Below the pieces are notes generated by a model that worked only from the letters and a program-made list of their open reading frames with translations, made no database searches and was not told the origin of the DNA. Position numbers and translations under genes: made by a program. Below are positions 1-7,147 of a stretch of DNA of 64,000 nucleotides, piece after piece (positions within the stretch are counted from its first letter, which is position 1; every line of letters starts with the position of its first letter). This DNA is from Candidatus Omnitrophota bacterium. GTDB taxonomy: Bacteria; Omnitrophota; Gorgyraeia; Gygaellales; Profunditerraquicolaceae. Location of the stretch: contig JBFZAT010000059.1 in the NCBI GenBank assembly GCA_041308845.1, positions 3,378-67,377 of the forward strand, given 5' to 3'.

Positions 1-1
1 G

Positions 2-2155
2 GCCAACAATAAACATCTTTTCCATACCGATATTCCAGATAGCGTTAAACTCTGGACCGGCACCCGGCTAAATAATAACGGTACCCCGAATGACCCCGAT
101 GATGATTATGAAGAAACGCGTAGCATGGAGGATGTGATCGCTGATTGCGCTGCCTATAAGACTGGAGAATCGCCGATTCCAGCCCAATTTAACGGATTCT
201 TTACCCAGGTCTGGTCACCGACTAATTATTCTGCCGCTGCCACTTATCCTAAGTTACAATCTGGTAAGGTTTATACCGTAGCCAGTTATGTGGCTTTAGC
301 TACCGGAGCTACTTTTACTACTCCGGTTTCTTTCTCCGTAACTATCCCGCAGACCATGAGCGATATGAAGGCATCTTTGGATACCGTGCAAGCTACAGTT
401 GAAAGTACATTGAACATGCCGATTGCGACCATGGAGTCTAACTTACGCCGGATTCTGGCTGGAGATGATGCTGACCCGGATGAAATTGCCGCCCAAGGAG
501 GGATCAAAGGAATTGTAGAGCAGAAACTTGATGATCAGGAAGCGATTATCCGTGCGGCAACTGCGGATATGATGGCAGCTTTTGCTGCTGTTTTAGTGAG
601 CTTTGAGTCTAAGACCCAGGCGGCAGTAGACTTATTGGATGCCAGCTCTAAGACCGCCGAGATTGCCGGCCAAACCCTTAAAGCGACAGCTGAGAAATAT
701 TCTTGGCGTATTGCCCTTTCACCTGATCCAGCTTTACCCGGAGATGAAATAACTTTAACGGCCACCGGATTACCGAATAAAAACCCAGTATTAAGTATTT
801 ATAGTTGGGATAATAAAATCCTTTTTAATAATCAAAAATTAAAAGAGGTTGCTGCTACTCCGGGTGTTTATACTTATAAGTTTGATGTAAACAATAGATT
901 TGCTAGCGGCAAGGCTTATAGTTTTATTATGACTGAGCCGGATAGTGACGCTTTTGAAATCGGATCCGGGATGGTAGAGTCAATGAGCTTAACTACGATT
1001 GCTGGGTTGGCTTCTGCTGCTCCCGGAGCTGAGCGGGCAGCTAAGAAGGCCTTAGATGCGATTAAGGCTGTAGAAGCAGTATTAGTCAGCGGAGAGAATA
1101 TTAATATTGCCCTCACCCTGAAGAACCTGAGAGATTCCGTAGATGCCTTGCCCGGAGAGTTAGCCAAAGAAGGTCCTTCTTCACGTTTAAATAACACTGT
1201 GGATGAAATATCCGACCGATTAAAGGCTCTCGGTGGTAAAGAGGGATTGGACTTAAGCGCTTTGTTCGAAAAAGCCCTGTCTACCTCGCCGACGGTTAGA
1301 GATATGCGCGTCAAGACCGATGAGATCGGGTCAGTGATTGAGATCTTAAAACAAATCTTTGAGGCTAAGTTCGGCGGTAAAGATGCGCCGGTAGTTTCGG
1401 CCACCTTGGCTCCGGGAAGCGTAAAGTTCCGGATCATCGCGGTCAATCCTTCCTCGGATAAAACCCAATTTGTCCAGGTTAAGTATGATTTACCCGAGGA
1501 GGTTAAGCCTCAAGATATTGCAGATTTAGGGGGCCTAGACTTAGAGTATGACTCGGCCCGGTCAATCCATTATGTTTATAAAGCAGATCTTGAATTGGCT
1601 CCGAATGAAGTGCGGGTATTTGAAGTAGATGTAGAAGATATCTGGTTAATCGCCCAGGACAAAATCACGGATCTGAAATTCCGGGTAGACCAAATCCTGT
1701 CTCGCCTTGAACAAACTGCTTACTATCCTAAGGCCAAGGAAATATCAGATACCATCTATCCTAAGCTAAACGAAATTCTGGTTTCTCAGGCGGATGATAC
1801 AGTCAGCCGGGAACGGCATATTGGTGTTTACCGTCAGAATTTATTAGTGCTTGGTCAGGTTAAGGAAGATATCGCCAGGATGGAAAAGATTTTGGTAACT
1901 GCCGGCGGCCCGGCGTCTCCGGAGATGTTGGCTAAGACTAAGATTAAAGCTGATGAGCCGAATAAAACAATGACTTGGATTATTATTTTTGTTATAATCA
2001 TATTTACAGGGCTGCTGGCGGGTGTACTGTTCTTCAGCTGGAATCGTCAGTCGCGTATGGTTAAAGATGAACTCGCAGAAGCTAAAAACTCCGCCTTTCC
2101 TGAGTCCGGATTCGGGCCTGAAGAAAAAAATAAGCCCGCGGAAGGTCAATCTTAA
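2..2155 (+). CDS. Large protein of unknown function (>717 aa, 5'-partial), Ala-rich with coiled-coil-like stretches and a single C-terminal TM helix followed by a basic tail. Its stop overlaps the atpC start (TAATG)
   Basis: The reading frame stays open from position 2 to the listed ORF at 125, with no stop, so the gene runs off the window. The C-terminal hydrophobic helix IIIFVIIIFTGLLAGVLFF resembles the b-subunit anchor FIIFEIIVFTGLIFIL encoded at 2626. I recognise no catalytic motif. Confidence 0.5.
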   Translation, partial: ANNKHLFHTDIPDSVKLWTGTRLNNNGTPNDPDDDYEETRSMEDVIADCAAYKTGESPIPAQFNGFFTQVWSPTNYSAAATYPKLQSGKVYTVASYVALATGATFTTPVSFSVTIPQTMSDMKASLDTVQATVESTLNMPIATMESNLRRILAGDDADPDEIAAQGGIKGIVEQKLDDQEAIIRAATADMMAAFAAVLVSFESKTQAAVDLLDASSKTAEIAGQTLKATAEKYSWRIALSPDPALPGDEITLTATGLPNKNPVLSIYSWDNKILFNNQKLKEVAATPGVYTYKFDVNNRFASGKAYSFIMTEPDSDAFEIGSGMVESMSLTTIAGLASAAPGAERAAKKALDAIKAVEAVLVSGENINIALTLKNLRDSVDALPGELAKEGPSSRLNNTVDEISDRLKALGGKEGLDLSALFEKALSTSPTVRDMRVKTDEIGSVIEILKQIFEAKFGGKDAPVVSATLAPGSVKFRIIAVNPSSDKTQFVQVKYDLPEEVKPQDIADLGGLDLEYDSARSIHYVYKADLELAPNEVRVFEVDVEDIWLIAQDKITDLKFRVDQILSRLEQTAYYPKAKEISDTIYPKLNEILVSQADDTVSRERHIGVYRQNLLVLGQVKEDIARMEKILVTAGGPASPEMLAKTKIKADEPNKTMTWIIIFVIIIFTGLLAGVLFFSWNRQSRMVKDELAEAKNSAFPESGFGPEEKNKPAEGQS

Positions 2156-2388
2156 TGCTGTTAAACGTTTCAATTTTAAACACTAGCCGGGTAGTTTTTG
2201 AGGGGCAAGCCGGCAGTGTAATTGTAACCGGAGAGGAGGGGGTTTTTGAAATTCTCCCTTTTCATAAGCGTATTATGAGCCGTTTGATTACCGGTTCGGT
2301 TATTGTGGATCAGCAGAGTTTTCCGATCCGCCGGGGGATTATTAAAGCTGATCAAAATACAGTAACTATTATTATGGAAGAAAAATGA
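2155..2388 (+). CDS. atpC: F-type ATPase epsilon subunit, N-terminal beta-sandwich domain only (77 aa)
   Basis: VVFEGQAGSVIVTGEEGVFEILPFHKRIMSRLITGSVIV aligns to the epsilon N-domain ([29 protein letters not shown]...). There is no C-terminal helical hairpin. The stop overlaps the atpE start (ATGA). Confidence 0.7.
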   Translation: MLLNVSILNTSRVVFEGQAGSVIVTGEEGVFEILPFHKRIMSRLITGSVIVDQQSFPIRRGIIKADQNTVTIIMEEK

Positions 2389-2603
2389 GTAAAAATATTG
2401 CTTTAGTCATTATTTTTGCTTTATCTATATTAGGGCCCTGCGCAGTTTTTGCCGCAGGCAGCTTTGCTAGTATTAATGCTTTGGGCCGGAACCCTTCGAG
2501 TGCCCCGAAAATTTTTACGGCTATGATTATCGGGTTAGTTTTTGCGCAGTCTTTGGCTATTGTAGCGATGTTAATTGTATTCCAATTATTCGGAGCCTCT
2601 TAA
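2385..2603 (+). CDS. atpE: F-type ATPase c subunit (proteolipid), atypical because it has no acidic residue
   Basis: It is a 72-aa two-helix hairpin with a GRNP polar loop (canonical ARQP). Helix 2, IIGLVFAQSLAIVAM, aligns to G-ALVEALPIIG, with Gln at the ion-binding Glu/Asp position. Confidence 0.7.
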   Translation: MSKNIALVIIFALSILGPCAVFAAGSFASINALGRNPSSAPKIFTAMIIGLVFAQSLAIVAMLIVFQLFGAS

Positions 2604-2625
2604 TACTGGATAAGGAGACAATAAG

Positions 2626-3336
2626 ATGTTGATGGTTTCATTTATAATTTTTGAAATTATCGTTTTTACCGGTTTGATTTTTATCTTACGTAAAATCATG
2701 ACCCAGAATGTAATTTCGGCGACCCAGCACATCGACGAATTAAACCAGGATTATACTAAGAAAGATGAAGATATCCACCGCCGTTGGGAGGAAGTTAAGC
2801 GGCAAGCTGAGCAAATTATCCGCCAGGCTCAAGAAGAAGCTGAAAAGACCAAATCGGAGTTGATGGCTGCCGGTCAAGCCGAAAAAGATCAGATTTTAAA
2901 ACAGGCCCGCGCTAAAAGCGAAGAGATGGTTGCTCAAGCGGACAAATCTTGTCAAGCGATGCTTGCGGAAATAGAGGCGCGGGTTAGCCGGGAGGCGATG
3001 AATAAAGCAGCAGATTTAATTCATGATGTTTTGCCCGATAAATTTAAGCAGAGCGTGCATAATGAATGGGTAGAAGGGTTGATTGCCCATGGGTTTAGCC
3101 ATTTGAATAATATCAGTATTCCGGATAATGTCTTCGAAGTTTTGATTGTTTCCGCATTTCCACTTACTGCTGCCCAGCGCCAGGAGTTGACGCAAAAGCT
3201 TTCCCGGGTTTTAGAGAGAACAATTACCTTAAAAGAAGAAGTAGAACCTAAGCTTGTTGCCGGACTAATTATTAAGATTGCCAGCCTGGTTTTTGATGGA
3301 ACTTTAAAAAATAAAATTATGGAGAAGGCCCGCTAA
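2626..3336 (+). CDS. atpF: ATP synthase b subunit fused to the delta (OSCP) C-terminal domain
   Basis: It has an N-terminal TM helix and a charged coiled coil typical of b. The C-terminus, LTAAQRQELTQKLSRVLERTITLKEEVEPKLVAGLIIKIASLVFDGTLKNKIMEKAR, matches the delta C-terminus (...[34 protein letters not shown]). Confidence 0.65.
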   Translation: MLMVSFIIFEIIVFTGLIFILRKIMTQNVISATQHIDELNQDYTKKDEDIHRRWEEVKRQAEQIIRQAQEEAEKTKSELMAAGQAEKDQILKQARAKSEEMVAQADKSCQAMLAEIEARVSREAMNKAADLIHDVLPDKFKQSVHNEWVEGLIAHGFSHLNNISIPDNVFEVLIVSAFPLTAAQRQELTQKLSRVLERTITLKEEVEPKLVAGLIIKIASLVFDGTLKNKIMEKAR

Positions 3337-4820
3337 TGTCCAGCGAGATAAAATTCCCGGATCCCGGAACAGTTTTTGAGATTCGCGAGGTAGGTTTTGT
3401 GCAGAGCGTGCGTAAATTCATTGTCGTGGCTAAAGGCATGCCCAGCTGTATTAATGGCCAGATTGTTGAGTTTGCTAACGGTATTCCGGGTTTAGTGATG
3501 GGGTTTACCGAGGAAAAAGTCCAGATTTTAGTTTTAGGGGACCCGGTGGGCATTCGTGCCGGAGATGAAGTTTATAACAAGGGGAAATCTCTTAGTCTTC
3601 CGGTAGGGGAGGCTTTCGTCGGCAGGCTTGTAGATGCGCTTTGCCGTCCCCTGGATGGTTTAGGCCCAATCCAAGCCACTACCCAATTACCAGCATTTAT
3701 TGTTGCTCCCGGAGTTATGGATCGGCAGCCGGTAAATCAAACTCTGGAATCTGGTACTCTGATTATCGATGCGATTATTCCTCTGGCCAAAGGCCAGAGG
3801 CAGCTTTTAATCGGCGACCGAATTACCGGTAAAACCTCGGTAGCCTTGGATGCGATTATTAACCAGAAAGGTAAAGATGTAGTTTGTATTTATTGTTGCA
3901 TCGGTAAGCCATACTCAAGTTTAGTAAAAGTGATCAATGTTTTACGCGAAAAAGAAGCTTTGGATTACGTGATTATTGTCTCTGGCGTAGCCAGTGTTTC
4001 TACCGGAGAACAGTATTTAGCCCCCTATACTGCCTGTACTTTAGGGGAATATTTTATGAGCCAGGGTAAGGATGTATTATTGGTGGCGGATGATTTAACC
4101 AAACATGCCTGGGTGTATCGGCAAATATCTCTTTTACTAGAGCGGGCACCCGGGCGAGAAGCCTACCCGGGAGACATTTTTTATTTACACTCTCAAATGA
4201 TGGAGCGGGCCGGACTGCTTAAAAAAGAGTTAGGCGGAGGCTCAATGACCTTTTTACCGATCGTCGAAATTCTGCAGGGAGACCTTACCGGTTATATTCC
4301 GACCAACTTGATTTCGATGACCGACGGGCAGCTGTATTTCTCTACGGGGCTTTTTAATAAAGGGGTTAAGCCGGCGATTGATTTTGGTTTATCGGTCTCC
4401 CGTATTGGTAATAAAGCGCAGTGGCCGGCGATGAAGGCCTCCAGTAAATCTTTGCGGCTGGACTACCTACAGTATAAGGAACTACTGCAGATGACCCAAC
4501 TGCGCACCGCCGGACTTTCTAAAGAGGCCGAAGAGCGCCTGCGCCGGGGGGAGGCGATCAGCCAATTGATTACTCAGGATAAAAACCGTCCGGTTTCTAT
4601 CGAAGAGCAGATTATTTATTTATATTCCTTAAACCAGGGTTGGTTAGATAATTTATCGACGCAGCAGATTCGGCAATTCCGGTTGGGCATTCTGAATTAT
4701 TTCCAACAGAAAAAGCCTGCATTCTGCCAACAGATCCGCCAGAGCAAAATGCTTAGCGAAGATTTACGTTTGATGTTAGAGGAAACATTAACCGCATACT
4801 TACAGCAAGAGGTAAAGTAG
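3336..4820 (+). CDS. atpA: F-type ATPase alpha subunit
   Basis: It carries the alpha P-loop GDRITGKTS with QRQLLIGD, and the overall alpha architecture. Confidence 0.85.
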   Translation: MSSEIKFPDPGTVFEIREVGFVQSVRKFIVVAKGMPSCINGQIVEFANGIPGLVMGFTEEKVQILVLGDPVGIRAGDEVYNKGKSLSLPVGEAFVGRLVDALCRPLDGLGPIQATTQLPAFIVAPGVMDRQPVNQTLESGTLIIDAIIPLAKGQRQLLIGDRITGKTSVALDAIINQKGKDVVCIYCCIGKPYSSLVKVINVLREKEALDYVIIVSGVASVSTGEQYLAPYTACTLGEYFMSQGKDVLLVADDLTKHAWVYRQISLLLERAPGREAYPGDIFYLHSQMMERAGLLKKELGGGSMTFLPIVEILQGDLTGYIPTNLISMTDGQLYFSTGLFNKGVKPAIDFGLSVSRIGNKAQWPAMKASSKSLRLDYLQYKELLQMTQLRTAGLSKEAEERLRRGEAISQLITQDKNRPVSIEEQIIYLYSLNQGWLDNLSTQQIRQFRLGILNYFQQKKPAFCQQIRQSKMLSEDLRLMLEETLTAYLQQEVK

Positions 4821-4824
4821 ATTT

Positions 4825-5688
4825 ATGCAGACGATGGCGGTAATTAAAAAAGATATGGATTTTAACCGCGGCCTTTCTTCATTGATCGAAGTATTAAAAA
4901 ATATCGCTGTGTCACAATATCGTTCGCTAGAGCATAAATTCACTGTTTTTGATAAACTGATGAACGCCATTGAAAGCTGTTTTGAATTTATTGACCTTTC
5001 AGCTTTCCGGCACCAGTTTTTAACGCCGGCTAATCCGGCGCAATTAATTGTGGTGATTACCAGCGATAGCGGACTTTTGGGCGGTTTAAATATGCAGGTA
5101 GTTACCCGGGCCCTGGCCGGATTAGGGAATACTTCTGGTGGTCAATTGGTAGTCATTGGCGAAAGAGGAAAGATGTATGCCCGGGAAAGCCAGGTACCCT
5201 TTGTGGCCTATCCCGGAATTAGCGACGATAACCGCCTTACCCAGGCTTTGCAACTAAGAGATTATTTATTCTCCGGAATCCTGCAGAAGAAGTTCGGTGC
5301 TTTAAAAGTGGTTTATCCTCATCCGGTGTCTTTTACAGTGCAACGGGTGGAGACGGTGAATTTTCTCCCTTTTTCTATGGATTTCTTATCGAACCAACCT
5401 CAGGCCGCCGGTCAGGCCCGAATTATCAAAGAGGTTATTTTCGAATCTAAGATGGCAGATATTTTTGAATATTTGATTTATCTCTGGATGGGGCAGAAGC
5501 TTTATGACATTTTCGGCTTGAGCCGTTTATCAGAATTTGCCGCCCGCTATGTTCATCTCGAGGATAGTTTGCGCCGGCTTAAAGAGATGGATAGTAAACT
5601 AAAATTACAGTATTTTCGCATCCGGCATGAAATCATTGATCAAAGCATGCGTGAACTTTTTAGCGCCCGGTTATTGTATAATTCTTAA
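4825..5688 (+). CDS. atpG: F-type ATPase gamma subunit (divergent)
   Basis: LIVVITSDSGLLGGLNMQV matches gamma YLVVSTDRGLCGGLNINL, and the C-terminal helix aligns to the gamma C-terminus. Confidence 0.65.
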   Translation: MQTMAVIKKDMDFNRGLSSLIEVLKNIAVSQYRSLEHKFTVFDKLMNAIESCFEFIDLSAFRHQFLTPANPAQLIVVITSDSGLLGGLNMQVVTRALAGLGNTSGGQLVVIGERGKMYARESQVPFVAYPGISDDNRLTQALQLRDYLFSGILQKKFGALKVVYPHPVSFTVQRVETVNFLPFSMDFLSNQPQAAGQARIIKEVIFESKMADIFEYLIYLWMGQKLYDIFGLSRLSEFAARYVHLEDSLRRLKEMDSKLKLQYFRIRHEIIDQSMRELFSARLLYNS

Positions 5689-5719
5689 CAGTTAGAGGAG
5701 TTTATCAGGGGAATATTTT

Positions 5720-7120
5720 ATGGTTAAGGAAAAAATAAAAGGAAAAATTACTGCCGTGCAGGGGCCGGTGGTGGATGTAAAATTTGCCAGCTCTGATGAG
5801 GTACCGAATATTTATGCGATGCTCTTGACGCATACCATTGATGGTAGTGAGGTTTTTTTAGAGGTTGCTGAGCACCTGCCGGGGAACCTAGCTCGTTGTA
5901 TCTCAATTAACTCTACTACTAATATCCAACGCTATGCGCAGGCAGTTTTCTACGGCCCGTCTATCCAGATACCGGTGGGAGATGGCCTTTATGGACGTTT
6001 AATTAATGTGGTTGGTCAGGCGATTGACCAGGGCGGGGCGATCCCTTACCAGGAAAAAAATTCGATCAGGAAAACCGATATGGGCAGCCGGATGACAATT
6101 AGTAAGAATAAAGATGAGCGGCGTAGTTTTGAGGTAATGGAAACCGGTATTAAGATTATCGATTTACTGGCTCCTTTAGTTAAAGGCAGTAAAACCGGTA
6201 TTTTAGGGGGCGCCGGATTAGGCAAGAGCGTGTTAACCTTGGAAATTATCCAGCATATCGTTAAACGCTATCAGGGTAGTTGCGTTTTTGTCGGTATCGG
6301 GGAGCGTATTCGTGAAGGAAATGAGCTATATTATGAATTAAAGAATCATGATGTGTTATCTAAAACAATGATGGTTTTTGGCCAGATGAATGAGCCTCCC
6401 GGAGCGCGTTTTGCCGTGGCGATGACCGGCATTACCATGGCCGAGGCGGTGCAGAAGAAGAATCAGGATGTGTTGATGTTTTGCGATAATATCTTTCGTT
6501 TTGTGCAAGCCGGAAGTGAAATTTCTACACTCTTAGGCCGGGTGCCTTCAGAAACCGGTTATCAGCCTACCTTACTTTCGGAGGTGAGTGAGTTTCATGA
6601 GCGTATTCGCACAACTAAAGATTCGGGAGGTTCCATTACTTCTATTGAGGCGGTCTATGTGCCGGCTGATGATTTAACTGATCCAGCGGTTGTGGCGATT
6701 TTTAGTTTTCTAGATTCAGTTCTGGTTTTATCCCGCGAGCGTATCCAATTAGGTTTATATCCGGCGATTGATCCGCTTTTATCCAGTTCTTCTAATTTGG
6801 ATATCGATATCGTCGGTAAACGTCATTTCGATGTTGCCCAGGATGTCATCAGAATGTTTCAACGCTATGAAGAGTTACGCCGGATTGTTTTAGTTGTGGG
6901 TATCGATGAACTTTCTTCAAGCGACCGGATTATTTATGAGCGGGCCAGAAAAATGCAGAATTTCCTCACTCAACCGTTTTTTGTCGGAGAAGCTTATACC
7001 GGTAAAAAGGGGGTTTATGTAACCATTGAACAAACTTTGGATGGATGTGAAAGAATTATTTCTGGTAGAATGGATAATCAGCCGGAGGAAGGTTTTTATT
7101 TAATCGGAGCTTTATCATAA
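5720..7120 (+). CDS. atpD: F-type ATPase beta subunit
   Basis: It has the P-loop GGAGLGKSV, the catalytic GERIREG, MNEPPGAR, FRFVQAGSEISTLLGRVPSETGYQPTL and YVPADDLTDPA motifs. The DELSEED loop reads DELSSSD. Confidence 0.85.
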   Translation: MVKEKIKGKITAVQGPVVDVKFASSDEVPNIYAMLLTHTIDGSEVFLEVAEHLPGNLARCISINSTTNIQRYAQAVFYGPSIQIPVGDGLYGRLINVVGQAIDQGGAIPYQEKNSIRKTDMGSRMTISKNKDERRSFEVMETGIKIIDLLAPLVKGSKTGILGGAGLGKSVLTLEIIQHIVKRYQGSCVFVGIGERIREGNELYYELKNHDVLSKTMMVFGQMNEPPGARFAVAMTGITMAEAVQKKNQDVLMFCDNIFRFVQAGSEISTLLGRVPSETGYQPTLLSEVSEFHERIRTTKDSGGSITSIEAVYVPADDLTDPAVVAIFSFLDSVLVLSRERIQLGLYPAIDPLLSSSSNLDIDIVGKRHFDVAQDVIRMFQRYEELRRIVLVVGIDELSSSDRIIYERARKMQNFLTQPFFVGEAYTGKKGVYVTIEQTLDGCERIISGRMDNQPEEGFYLIGALS

Positions 7121-7147
7121 TAAAATATATTAAAAAGCGAGTAAAAG

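Noticed and set aside
916-1446. A 176-aa minus-strand ORF and several other antisense ORFs inside ORF1 (286-507, 535-765, 1844-2173)
   Set aside because: They lie fully within and antisense to a long coding frame with coherent plus-strand codon usage. They have no RBS or recognisable motifs and are typical shadow ORFs.
2-2155. ORF1 as a cryptic subunit a (atpB)
   Set aside because: Subunit a is a ~230-270-aa polytopic protein with 5-6 TM helices and a conserved Arg in the penultimate helix. ORF1 has a single C-terminal TM helix and a huge soluble domain.
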